DNA of 64,000 nucleotides from an uncultured Acidiferrobacteraceae bacterium (GCA_913009895.1 CAJVXY010000001.1:58469-122468), one strand, 5' to 3'; shown: positions 9,004 to 18,332, numbered from the stretch's first letter. Numbers and translations: made by a program. The notes: a model not told the origin generated them from the letters alone.

Positions 9004-9744
9004 TTGAAAGATAATCAGCCTACAATTGACAGGTTATATACAAAAAAATTACCTAGCGTTGATGATTTTAAATTTGACGATACAGTTGCTGGTGTATTTC
9101 CGGATATGCTCAAGCGCTCTATCCCGGGTTATAGTGCACTCATCAATCTTATTGGTACCAGCTCACGGGTGATCGTAAAGCCCGGTACACATGTTTATGA
9201 CCTTGGTTGTTCCCTGGGCGCGGTAAGTGCTGCGGTAAGAAATAATTGTGTTGATATCAATTATCATGGCATAGCCGTAGATAACTCCGAAGCTATGATT
9301 AAGCGTTGCCAGTCATTGTTGGATCATGAGAATTCTGAACCAAAAATAGAAGTTGTATGTAATGATATTCGTAACGTAAAAATTAAAAACGCATCACTTG
9401 TGGTATTGAATTTCACCTTACAATTTATTCCAATCGAGGACCGGGCTGCACTGTTAAATAAAATAGCTAACGGTCTAAATCCCGGCGGTTTTTTTATACT
9501 CTCTGAGAAAATAATTTCAGAGAATACAGAAGAGCAGGAGAAAATCGATTTATTGTATGAAAACTTTAAACGCGTGAATGGCTATAGTGAGCTCGAAATC
9601 AGCCAAAAACGTGAGGCACTTGAAAATGTTCTTATACCCGAGACTTTCACGGCTCATAAAGAGAGACTCGAAGTTTGCGGACTCAAGAATGTCCAGAAAT
9701 GGTTCCAGGTGCTCAATTTTGTTTCCATCATTGCGCAGAAATGA
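9004..9744 (+). CDS. cmoA: Carboxy-S-adenosyl-L-methionine synthase
   Basis: 246 aa, TTG start. FKFDDTVAGVFPDMLKRSIPGY plus an SAM-MTase fold (VYDLGCSLG). Followed by cmoB with an ATGA overlap. Confidence 0.85.
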   Translation: MKDNQPTIDRLYTKKLPSVDDFKFDDTVAGVFPDMLKRSIPGYSALINLIGTSSRVIVKPGTHVYDLGCSLGAVSAAVRNNCVDINYHGIAVDNSEAMIKRCQSLLDHENSEPKIEVVCNDIRNVKIKNASLVVLNFTLQFIPIEDRAALLNKIANGLNPGGFFILSEKIISENTEEQEKIDLLYENFKRVNGYSELEISQKREALENVLIPETFTAHKERLEVCGLKNVQKWFQVLNFVSIIAQK

Positions 9745-10715
9745 ATAATTTTTCCGGATTCTATTCAGCAATTAAAAATACTGAATTGGAAAAGTTATTT
9801 TTACCAGTTAAAGAACTGGTTGAATATAAATATTCATCAGAAAATCATGGCGATTTTGAAAAATGGCTGGAGACACTAAAATTATTACCTGCTTTAACGC
9901 CATCAGAGATAGATCTTGACCTAGGAAGCATTCTCATTGGCAGGGAATCTGATGGTAATCCATCACAATTGCTTTTGCTGGCAGAATTGTTCATGGAATT
10001 TTGCCCATGGCGAAAAGGCCCTTTTAAGCTTTTTGGAATAAATATTGATACTGAATGGCGATCAGACTGGAAATGGGATCGGCTTAAAAATCATTTAGCC
10101 CCACTGGAAAACAGGATCGTTCTGGATGTGGGCTGTGGAAATGGGTATCACTGTTTGCGAATACTGGGTGCTGGCGCAAAACGCGTTGTTGGCATTGATC
10201 CGACCTTACTTTATGTAACCCAGTTTTTGGCCCTGAACCGGTATATTAAAACTGATTCTGTCCATGTGTTGCCCCTTGCCCTTGAAGACTTACCGGAAAA
10301 CAGGCCGTTTTTTGATACGGTGTTTTCAATGGGTGTGCTTTACCATCGACGCGATCCACTGGACCACTTAAGAAGCCTGTCGGGATATCTTCGCCAGGGC
10401 GGTGAACTGGTATTGGAAACACTGATTATTGAAGGTGAGGGGTTAACAGTACTGGCGCCAGATGGTCGTTATGCAAAAATGCGTAATGTTTTTCAGATAC
10501 CAACAATAAAAAAGCTTGAGAGCTGGCTTAAGTCTACCAATTTTGTAGATATAAAGATCGTGGATATCTCAATTACAACATCGCAAGAACAGCGCTGTAC
10601 TGAATGGATGAAATTTGAATCTCTTGAGAATTTTCTGGACCCCAATGATAATTCCAAAACCATTGAAGGTTGGCCTGCCCCCAGACGAGCGATCCTGGTT
10701 GCTAAAAAGGGATGA
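9741..10715 (+). CDS. cmoB: tRNA U34 carboxymethyltransferase
   Basis: ATG 9741 overlaps the cmoA stop. PWRKGPF, DTEWRSDWKWDR and VLDVGCGNGYH are CmoB blocks. The ORF-track start at 9675 is an upstream in-frame extension. Confidence 0.85.
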   Translation: MNNFSGFYSAIKNTELEKLFLPVKELVEYKYSSENHGDFEKWLETLKLLPALTPSEIDLDLGSILIGRESDGNPSQLLLLAELFMEFCPWRKGPFKLFGINIDTEWRSDWKWDRLKNHLAPLENRIVLDVGCGNGYHCLRILGAGAKRVVGIDPTLLYVTQFLALNRYIKTDSVHVLPLALEDLPENRPFFDTVFSMGVLYHRRDPLDHLRSLSGYLRQGGELVLETLIIEGEGLTVLAPDGRYAKMRNVFQIPTIKKLESWLKSTNFVDIKIVDISITTSQEQRCTEWMKFESLENFLDPNDNSKTIEGWPAPRRAILVAKKG

Positions 10716-10724
10716 GAATTTTAG

Positions 10725-11678
10725 TCAACAAAGAACAACGCAGTCCCTGCCGCTGTTTTTAGCCCGATAAAGCGCTGAATCGGCACTGGCGAGGAGTTCC
10801 TCAATTGACTGGTTAGGTTCCAGTGATGTAACGCCCACTGAAATGGTAACACCTGGTAAGGCATCGTTAGTACTGTCGAAAATACTTGTGCTACTGACAC
10901 CTTCCCTTAATCTTTCAGCAACGATCTTGGCAGATTTTAGATTAGTATTTGGCAACAAGATTACAAATTCTTCGCCACCAAACCTGGCCGCACCATCGTT
11001 AGGGCGTAAAAATTCCTGGATAGATTTTGCTACTGCCCGTAAGGCCATATCACCAGCAAGGTGACCATTCTCATCATTGTATTTTTTAAAATGATCGACA
11101 TCAATCATAACAACACTAAGGGGTTCGCTGTTGATACGACAGCGATCGATAATACCGTCCATCATTTCGTCCAGCCAACGACGGTTATGGAGATTGGTTA
11201 ATACGTCAATTTTAGAAAATTCTTCGTAGATTTTTTGTTGGTTCAGACTTTCAATGACCATGTGGTTGTTTTTTCTAACCCGGGAAGAAAGAATAAATAA
11301 TAAATTGCAGGCAATAGCATGAGAACGGTTAATCAGTGACCACAGAATTGTGCCTTCAATTATTAGTAATTTGCAGTCTGTATTAACAATCGCATATGCG
11401 GATACTTTCTCACGCTCAATAATAGACATTTCACCTATGCATTGACCTTTCTGCAAGTGAGCAAGTACTTTTTCATCGTCAGGTTCAAGCTGAATGCGAA
11501 CGCTGCCATCGAGTATCAGGAGCAGGTGCTCGTTCGGTTCACCAGGCGCTAGCAGGATTTCACCTGCCTTGGCGTATTTTAGTTCGGCATAATCCAGCAG
11601 CCATTCAAGGGTGTCCGGGCTTTCGCCACGAAATAACGCAAGGTTTGTCAGATCTTTTGGGGTTGTTGCTAACTGCAT
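10725..11678 (-). CDS. Diguanylate cyclase with N-terminal cyclic-nucleotide-binding domain
   Basis: 317 aa. cNMP-binding barrel (GQCIGEMSIIEREKVSAYAIV) followed by a GGDEF domain with an intact RFGGEEF active site and a DxDHFKxxND metal site. Confidence 0.8.
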   Translation of the reverse strand: MQLATTPKDLTNLALFRGESPDTLEWLLDYAELKYAKAGEILLAPGEPNEHLLLILDGSVRIQLEPDDEKVLAHLQKGQCIGEMSIIEREKVSAYAIVNTDCKLLIIEGTILWSLINRSHAIACNLLFILSSRVRKNNHMVIESLNQQKIYEEFSKIDVLTNLHNRRWLDEMMDGIIDRCRINSEPLSVVMIDVDHFKKYNDENGHLAGDMALRAVAKSIQEFLRPNDGAARFGGEEFVILLPNTNLKSAKIVAERLREGVSSTSIFDSTNDALPGVTISVGVTSLEPNQSIEELLASADSALYRAKNSGRDCVVLC

Positions 11679-11841
11679 CCGTATTCCTGAGGGTTGAACT
11701 TACGTGAACACAGATTGTGCCACAATCCGGTACATTTTTTAACTAAATGTTTCCGGCAAATGTCATTAATCAAAGTAATTACGTAATTACTACAGTTACT
11801 TATATGGTTTTCTAAAGTTATTAGAATTTACAGACCAGAAG

Positions 11842-12492
11842 TCATTTTGGTCTGCTGGCCCGTCCTTTTAGCCATTTTAACAGTGGCTCCCATTGTTCGA
11901 GATCGGTACTGACGGCAGAGGGCGCCATTTCAAAAATTCCCACACCCTTCTCCGCGGCGCGAATGTAGTTTTGACTGTCCCTGAGACAGGCGACCACAGG
12001 AATCCTCAGGCTGTTCAGGAAGGTTAATAAAGTTTGGTAGATCAATGTATTTTCTTTAACCCGGTTCGCGATAACAGCAATCCTGGACTGTTTGCTGGAT
12101 ATCCTGCCCATTAACATGAGTTGGTGAATAAATTTTGTGGCGGCCCTGATATCAACCGGCGATGGCAATACAGGTACCAGCAGGGTTTCGGTTCTGCGCA
12201 GGAGATTGCTCATTTCCTTGCCATGAATTCGAGCGGGTGCATCCATAACCAGCACGTCGGTATTGGCAGGCACAGTCGGGCTTTTATTGGCAGCATCCAG
12301 TCCGGTTATTTCGGGATATTCCCAATTTGGATCCCTGTTTCTGGCATCGAGCCAGGCAATGCTGGATAGCTGTGGATCAAAATCTGCCAGTACAATTTTT
12401 TTTTCCTCTACTGCATAATAACTGGCAAGGTTGGTTGCGATTGTGCTCTTTCCACAACCGCCCTTGGCATTGAGTATCATTATTTTTCGCAT
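11842..12492 (-). CDS. ParA/MinD-family P-loop ATPase (orphan)
   Basis: 216 aa. Deviant Walker A NAKGGCGKSTIATNLA. No parB-like partner is visible. Confidence 0.7.
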   Translation of the reverse strand: MRKIMILNAKGGCGKSTIATNLASYYAVEEKKIVLADFDPQLSSIAWLDARNRDPNWEYPEITGLDAANKSPTVPANTDVLVMDAPARIHGKEMSNLLRRTETLLVPVLPSPVDIRAATKFIHQLMLMGRISSKQSRIAVIANRVKENTLIYQTLLTFLNSLRIPVVACLRDSQNYIRAAEKGVGIFEMAPSAVSTDLEQWEPLLKWLKGRASRPK

Positions 12493-12691
12493 TGGCTTTA
12501 CCCGGACAAATAGTGAACGGCCCTTTATCCTGTAATTTTTATATTGATAACTTTATAATAGTACCTGGAGCGGCAATTATATAACCTTAGCTGCTCTTTT
12601 TGTATCAAAGCCCACTATCAATCACAATGATGGATCGGATTAATATTCAATTAATTGCTATTTATGGGTTTTCTGGCCGGATAAACAGGCT

Positions 12692-12811
12692 ATGACTAAA
12701 GATAATAAAAATTTAACGATCCTGCCTGGCTGTCAGGGACTGATGATGACAGCCAATTCCCTGCTGGTAACCACGTCTGCGCTGGTCGGTTTTGCCCTGG
12801 CAGAAAATTAA
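12692..12811 (+). pseudogene. Possible N-terminal stub of an MFS-type transporter gene
   Basis: 39-codon ORF MTKDNKNLTILPGCQGLMMTANSLLVTTSALVGFALAEN* looks like the first TM region of a transporter. It ends abruptly and is followed by an A/T-rich non-coding stretch. Confidence 0.3.
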
Positions 12812-12996
12812 AAAAGGAACGTTTTACTCGTTTATTCTTTTTTTACTTTTATTTTTTCTCATAAATCAAAAGCCTGGCCAACATAGTTCAGGATAATTCA
12901 AGGTGCTGAAGTGCCATACAAAACTTTTTTGTCAGCAGCAAGCTCCCTGGAATAGTCTATACTTAAAAATAAGACATGGACTAAAGGAACATTATT

Positions 12997-13320
12997 ATGT
13001 TGACCGAAATTCTGCATCGTGCGCAGGCTTTTGAACGTCGACACGGTCGTCATCCCAATACCCTGTTTCTTACACACGAGCAATATTCCCTTTTGCGTAA
13101 TGAGTACCCGGAAATTCTCGGTGAGTCACCGGAAATTGTTTTAGGACTGCGTATTGCCATGGCACCTGATAACGCTTTATTGCAACCAGAGATTGCCTGG
13201 TTGCCAGTGCGCGCACCTGGTTATTTAAGAAAACGAAAAAGTATCAGCAGACGGGTAGCAGCCGTCACGGATGAGAATCCTGATTTACTTGATGTTTTAA
13301 TCAAGAACCAGGTCCGGTAA
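12997..13320 (+). CDS. Hypothetical protein
   Basis: 107-aa ORF with an ATG start and no recognisable motif. Confidence 0.35.
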   Translation: MLTEILHRAQAFERRHGRHPNTLFLTHEQYSLLRNEYPEILGESPEIVLGLRIAMAPDNALLQPEIAWLPVRAPGYLRKRKSISRRVAAVTDENPDLLDVLIKNQVR

Positions 13321-13348
13321 TAAGACTACAGAGACTAAATATTTTTCT

Positions 13349-13939
13349 TTAGTTATTCCCTGGTGTTTCTGGCAGAATAGTTATCAGTTCCCCCAGCGCC
13401 AGTTTTATTTCCTGCAAGGTCAGGTGTGCGCCCATCATCGGATCATCCCATTGTTTGCAAGCTAGTTTGACTACATCAGGCTGAGTATCAGACTTCAGGT
13501 ATATTTCAGTGATATAGACCACTGCAGTGAGCCCACTCGTCCCTAAATAAAGAACAGGATAACTGGCAGTCATGTTAAGGCTTGCGAGTTTAGGGAACAG
13601 GGAAACAAAACCTTCGTCAAGGAAAACACGGGTAATAGTAAAAATATCTGGTTTGATGGTTTGTGTTGCGGCCAACCGGTTCCTGACTTCAATAACACAA
13701 TAAGGCCGGTAATTTTCAACCGGGTTAAGTTGTTGTGGTCTGGGTTCGCCATCCTGAATATGCAGGCTTGTCGATTCTCCAGGTATTATAATAGCCTTGT
13801 TGAGCTTGAGTTTTAGTCCCGGAGTGATAATTAAGGGGTAATTATTGTAACCAATTGCAACATTCCCGGTTTGTACCACGGCTGTTTGGCATGAGACTAA
13901 AGATAAATAAATAGTAGTTATGATAAGAAATCGAAGCAT
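13349..13939 (-). CDS. Putative lipoprotein
   Basis: 196 aa. Lipobox-like LSLVSC|Q after a hydrophobic N-terminus. Confidence 0.5.
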   Translation of the reverse strand: MLRFLIITTIYLSLVSCQTAVVQTGNVAIGYNNYPLIITPGLKLKLNKAIIIPGESTSLHIQDGEPRPQQLNPVENYRPYCVIEVRNRLAATQTIKPDIFTITRVFLDEGFVSLFPKLASLNMTASYPVLYLGTSGLTAVVYITEIYLKSDTQPDVVKLACKQWDDPMMGAHLTLQEIKLALGELITILPETPGNN

Positions 13940-14027
13940 GTCCTTACCCCTGGTAAGTTATTTATACCGTTGAAACGGTTCTGACTTTTCGAGTCGAAGC
14001 CACCTGGTTGCCCTGATTATACATACA

Positions 14028-14744
14028 TTACTTGTTTTTAAAATGGATAACATGTTTTAGGGGTGACAGATTAATTTCATCTATGACTGCGCTGCCTTTG
14101 CTGGCAAGAATTAACTTTATACAGTCAAGAATAGCTTCAATATTGATGCTGTTTTCATCTGCCTTTCCAGGTTCAAAATCAAGATTTTTATAAAAATCTG
14201 TTTTAACCATGCCCGGGTTAATAATAGTAATACCGATACCAGAGCTGGCGCACTCTGCTCGCAAGGCCTGGGAAAATCCACGTAATGCAAATTTAGAGGC
14301 ACAGTAAATACTGCCTTTTTTGCTGCCACGCAAACCTGCATCAGATCCTATAAAAATAATGGTTCCACGACCTGCCCGTTTCATTATTGGCAGGAAAAAT
14401 CGTGTTATGTAGGCGTGGCTGGTGAAATTTACATTCATGAGCGAGTTAATTTGCTGGTATGAATATTCTTCAAGGGAACCAAACAGGCCCATGCCCGCAT
14501 TGAGAATTAGCGCAGATGGTGAGAAACCATTATTTTTTATTTCCTTGAGTCTTGCTGGTAATTTGTCAAGATCGCCAAGGTCAATGTTGTATGGCGTAAA
14601 ACCGGGGAGTTTTGTCTGTTGCTCAAAAAAATTTCTGGCAATGCCGGTAACGCTATATCCTGATGCGCAAAGCTTATCAGTGATAGCGCGACCAATCCCC
14701 TTGCTGGCGCCTGTAACCAGTATTTGATTGTCAGTCTTTAACAT
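14028..14744 (-). CDS. SDR-family oxidoreductase
   Basis: 238 aa. TGASKGIGRA cofactor motif and YCASKFAL catalytic Y-x3-K. Last gene of a 4-gene operon. Confidence 0.8.
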   Translation of the reverse strand: MLKTDNQILVTGASKGIGRAITDKLCASGYSVTGIARNFFEQQTKLPGFTPYNIDLGDLDKLPARLKEIKNNGFSPSALILNAGMGLFGSLEEYSYQQINSLMNVNFTSHAYITRFFLPIMKRAGRGTIIFIGSDAGLRGSKKGSIYCASKFALRGFSQALRAECASSGIGITIINPGMVKTDFYKNLDFEPGKADENSINIEAILDCIKLILASKGSAVIDEINLSPLKHVIHFKNK

Positions 14745-14753
14745 TATATTTAA

Positions 14754-15740
14754 TTATGCACAGGGAAAATATATTTCATCTGAAATATAATTAAGTATGC
14801 CTGATTCGCAAAACTCCAGTAGTTGCGATTCAAGCTGCTTTTCGTAGCTTACCATGCCAGATCTTTTTTCCAATGGACCGGCAAATAATAATTCATCCGG
14901 GAAAATTTTCCTGATATTTTTAAAATATGTTTCGGGTAAACGAAAAGTGCCAAGACTAACCGAATGTAGTGATAACGCATCAATTTGACTAAAGACCTTC
15001 CTGAAAAAATCACTATAAACCTCCTTGTACTCATCTGTATAAATAACAGGATCAAAGCGAAGACCGATTTGCCAGCCAGCATGTTGTAATTTCACAATGG
15101 CATTAATGCGTTTTTCCAGGGTAGGGGCCCGGTGTTCCAGGGCTTTAGCAACTGACTCGGGCGACAAGCTGAAGGCTACGATACAATTAGCCAGGGGAGC
15201 CTGGGAAAGTAGGGTCGAGATTTGGGTGCTTTTGGTCCTGAGTTCAAATTTAGCGCTGGTATTTTTTTTAAAAAAAGGTGAGAAAAATTCCATAAAACCC
15301 GTTACTGGCTCCAGTGCCAGGCTATCGCAATCATAACCTGTGAAAAACCAGGTTTCTTCTCCTGACTTGCTGGTTATAGCTGTTATTTCATCCTGGAAAT
15401 CTTCGTAATTCACAAAAAGCACGTAATATGCCGAGCGGTACATGCCCTGTAAAAAACAGTAACGACAATCATAGAGGCAATTCAGCATATGTGAAAAGTA
15501 ATAATTTTTGTTGCCACCTATGCCGTAGGATACTGGCGCTTCTAATACAAAGTTTTTGAACTTCCTGGCAAGTATTAATGCCGGGTTTTGTTTTTGAATG
15601 CGAAAGTTCTGGGCCTTGCGGTTAAATATTTCCGAGTATTGTTGGCAATAAATAATTTTTGCATCTTTATAACGATTGCAGATTTTAAGGGTACGGGAAT
15701 GATCCCTGACCGATTCTTCAATGTAGATGGTATCGATCAA
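14754..15740 (-). CDS. SPL (spore-photoproduct-lyase)-family radical SAM protein
   Basis: 328 aa, TTG start. CLYDCRYCFLQG (CX3CX2C). N-terminus IYIEESVRDH and KRINAIVKLQHAGWQIGLRFDPVIY parallel B. subtilis SplB blocks. Confidence 0.75.
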   Translation of the reverse strand: MIDTIYIEESVRDHSRTLKICNRYKDAKIIYCQQYSEIFNRKAQNFRIQKQNPALILARKFKNFVLEAPVSYGIGGNKNYYFSHMLNCLYDCRYCFLQGMYRSAYYVLFVNYEDFQDEITAITSKSGEETWFFTGYDCDSLALEPVTGFMEFFSPFFKKNTSAKFELRTKSTQISTLLSQAPLANCIVAFSLSPESVAKALEHRAPTLEKRINAIVKLQHAGWQIGLRFDPVIYTDEYKEVYSDFFRKVFSQIDALSLHSVSLGTFRLPETYFKNIRKIFPDELLFAGPLEKRSGMVSYEKQLESQLLEFCESGILNYISDEIYFPCA

Positions 15741-15747
15741 CTTGGTA

Positions 15748-16587
15748 CTAAGAGAGCCTGACTGGCAGTTCTTTTATTCTATTTTCCAGCCAATCCAGGA
15801 CCTGGCCACTATTTTTCAATCCTGGAACTACGTTGGCAGAATTATTTTGGTTGGTGATAAGGGACAATCGTTCCAGTAATTTAACCAGTTGAATTCTCTG
15901 GTATTGAGTAAAATGATAATCCTTAGTCAGCTCAGTAATTGATATCGCTTTCAAATTAATGGTCGAGTGCTTATGTAGATTTGAGAGTGCTTCTATAATT
16001 ACTGAAATATCAGGCAGTTTTTTTTCGATTAATGTGCTGATTTTTTTGGCATTAATATTTTCAGTTGGCGAAGTTTTATTGTCGGAAATTATTTTATAAC
16101 ATTGCACCAATTCACTGGTCTGGTGGTTGATCGCGGCCTGGTAGAAATAAGCCGCCTCCATGTCATAGGCACAATTTTCCTGATAACGTTGCTCGGGGTT
16201 ATCTACGGTAATTAATGAAATTGAGTCAATTTTATTTTTACTTATCTTAATACCAGCTTTTAAATTCAGTCCAGTATTTAATTTCAACCTGGGCGGATAC
16301 CAGTTTAAACCATCAGGCCCCATAATTTTATGGATCATTCTGCCCTCGCCAACAGCTAGCTGGCCATGACCGGCAATGCCAATATTTAACCAGGCCGACG
16401 ACGGCTCTGTATGTTGTACTAACAGCTTAACAGCTACTGCGTTTAACTTTCCACCAACACCGGAGACCACAAGATTTATACTCGAGTTCTGATAAAGTTT
16501 GATTTTATCAACAGGCTTATGTTGTAACCCATAATGACTTATGAGTGGCCTGGCTTCACATTTCAGCGCACAAACAATATTTATCAT
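15748..16587 (-). CDS. PNP_UDP/MTAN-like nucleoside phosphorylase/nucleosidase family protein with C-terminal extension
   Basis: 279 aa. N-terminus IVCALKCEARPL, GIAG and YDMEAAYFYQ resemble the MTA/SAH-nucleosidase / HpnG-type fold. An extra helical tail of ~90 aa follows. Confidence 0.6.
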   Translation of the reverse strand: MINIVCALKCEARPLISHYGLQHKPVDKIKLYQNSSINLVVSGVGGKLNAVAVKLLVQHTEPSSAWLNIGIAGHGQLAVGEGRMIHKIMGPDGLNWYPPRLKLNTGLNLKAGIKISKNKIDSISLITVDNPEQRYQENCAYDMEAAYFYQAAINHQTSELVQCYKIISDNKTSPTENINAKKISTLIEKKLPDISVIIEALSNLHKHSTINLKAISITELTKDYHFTQYQRIQLVKLLERLSLITNQNNSANVVPGLKNSGQVLDWLENRIKELPVRLS

Positions 16588-17445
16588 TTACGATACCAGT
16601 TGTTCCTGATAATTTTCGTTTTTGCAGTAAGTTACCAGCAATGAAGAGTAATATTCAATATCATCGAATTTCCCTCTTTTGATAGCACCATTAAGATAAA
16701 TTGTAATCTTTTTTTCCAATTGTGCGACCACAAGACTTGTTTGTTCATTCGTTAGAAAATTACCGGCATGCAGGTTAACCAGGGCCTTAATTCTGAAGCG
16801 ATCCATGCCCCAGTATTTTCGGGACAGCTGATCTTCATGGCCACCATATTTTTTTATTAATGGTTGAGGTAAATATTTAACCGGGTAGCGGGCGCATATT
16901 TTCAGCCACATATCATAATCTTCGCAAGCAGGTAACTGCTCATCAAATAATCCCGCCTCGTAAAGTAACGATTTTTTAATCAATACAGATGAAGGCGATA
17001 TTGCGCACATGGGTAGGCAATGTTCGAAAATCCAGCCACCGTATTTCTCATGTTTGTCCATCTGGTTGACACGGTTTCCATTGCGAATCCAGATTTCGTT
17101 GCTATGGACAAGGTGTGTATCGGCCGGGTTATTTTCGATAACACTTAACTGTATTGCAAGCTTCCCTGGCAACCATTCGTCATCTGAATCCAGGAATGCA
17201 ATCCATTCATGGTTAGCATTTTGAATGCCCAGGTTTCTGGCAGCACTGACACCGCTGTTTTTCTGGTGAATGTAAACAACATCAGGAAATTCCTTTTTAA
17301 TCATTATGGCGGTGTCATCAGTCGAGCCATCATCGACCACAATTATTTCTGCAGGCCTGTTCGTTTGCATAGCAACAGATTCGAGCGCTCGCTTGAGCAG
17401 CGAGGCACGATTGTAGGCAGGTATCACGAGGCTGATATCAGTCAT
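16588..17445 (-). CDS. Family 2 glycosyltransferase (soluble GT-A)
   Basis: 285 aa. SLVIPAYNR, VVDDGSTDDT, DSDDEW (DxD) and CEDYDMW. Its stop directly abuts the next gene's ATG. Confidence 0.85.
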   Translation of the reverse strand: MTDISLVIPAYNRASLLKRALESVAMQTNRPAEIIVVDDGSTDDTAIMIKKEFPDVVYIHQKNSGVSAARNLGIQNANHEWIAFLDSDDEWLPGKLAIQLSVIENNPADTHLVHSNEIWIRNGNRVNQMDKHEKYGGWIFEHCLPMCAISPSSVLIKKSLLYEAGLFDEQLPACEDYDMWLKICARYPVKYLPQPLIKKYGGHEDQLSRKYWGMDRFRIKALVNLHAGNFLTNEQTSLVVAQLEKKITIYLNGAIKRGKFDDIEYYSSLLVTYCKNENYQEQLVS

Positions 17446-17533
17446 TCAAATATTTATAACCTGGTTGAATCTTATTGCGGAATACAATTTCTATTTTTGC
17501 TAGAATATATCCTTTGAGTTTAGCGGAAATATC

Positions 17534-17962
17534 ATGACTAAAGCGATACCCGTAAAAATTGAGCGTAATAAACAGCCAATTACGCCAGAAAACAAATGTA
17601 CTTTCTGTCACGGCGCAAAGTGCTGTACCTATGTCACGGAGCATATTGATACGCCCCGCTCTATGGAAGACTTCGATACGCTCTTGTGGCAAGTTTCTCA
17701 CCAAAATCTTCAGTTATACAAGGATGAGGGCGACTGGTTCCTGCTGATTAATGGCTCCTGCACGCATTTACAACCCGATGGGCGATGTGGCATTTACGAA
17801 GTGCGACCACAAATTTGCCGGGAGCATTCAAACGAGGATTGTGAATTTAACCAGTTAGCCGGTGAAGATGATTTTGATCTGCTTTTTAAAAACTACACAA
17901 GCCTGGATACTTATTGCAGGAAAAGATTCAAGACCTGGGATAAAAGATTCAAGCGCTGGTGA
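17534..17962 (+). CDS. YkgJ-family cysteine-cluster protein
   Basis: 142 aa. CTFCHGAKCC ... CTHLQPDGRCGIYEVRPQICREH is the typical UPF0153/YkgJ pattern. Confidence 0.6.
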   Translation: MTKAIPVKIERNKQPITPENKCTFCHGAKCCTYVTEHIDTPRSMEDFDTLLWQVSHQNLQLYKDEGDWFLLINGSCTHLQPDGRCGIYEVRPQICREHSNEDCEFNQLAGEDDFDLLFKNYTSLDTYCRKRFKTWDKRFKRW

Positions 17963-18080
17963 TAGCGAACCGGGTTGACTGCACCATTCAAAAATACCCG
18001 GTTGAATATTCCAAATTGAATATTATAGGCCGAATGAAATCATCAAACGCTTCGCCATGACCAGCGAAGCGGGTTCGGTG

Positions 18081-18332
18081 TTAAAGCTGCTCGCGTTCAC
18101 GACTACTATTGTTTCGTTTGTTATCGTTAAGTCTGAAAATTAACGAATTCCAGTCCTTGATTGCCACTTTGCGACGAGGGCCTTGCGGGTAATCAATGAC
18201 GGCATAACGAAGTTCACCGTCGGCATATGCCAAAACACGGACTTTGAATAGTGTGCCAGTTTTGTCTACATACCAGTTGCCGGGTGTAGGGGGGAGCAGA
18301 ATTTCCTGTTTCGATTTTCTAAGCCAATTCAT
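18081..18332 (-). CDS. Hypothetical small protein
   Basis: ORF 18081-18353. ATG 18332 (MNWLRKSKQ...) is the more plausible start. No motif recognised. Confidence 0.35.
   Translation of the reverse strand: MNWLRKSKQEILLPPTPGNWYVDKTGTLFKVRVLAYADGELRYAVIDYPQGPRRKVAIKDWNSLIFRLNDNKRNNSSREREQL

Noticed and set aside
14028-17445. Reading the GT2 / phosphorylase / radical SAM / SDR operon as a hopanoid hpnB-hpnG-hpnH-hpnA cluster.
   Set aside because: The radical SAM protein has SPL-family features (CX3CX2C context and SplB-like blocks), not HpnH-like ones. No squalene-hopene cyclase or squalene synthase genes are in the window. The analogy is kept only as a mechanistic parallel.
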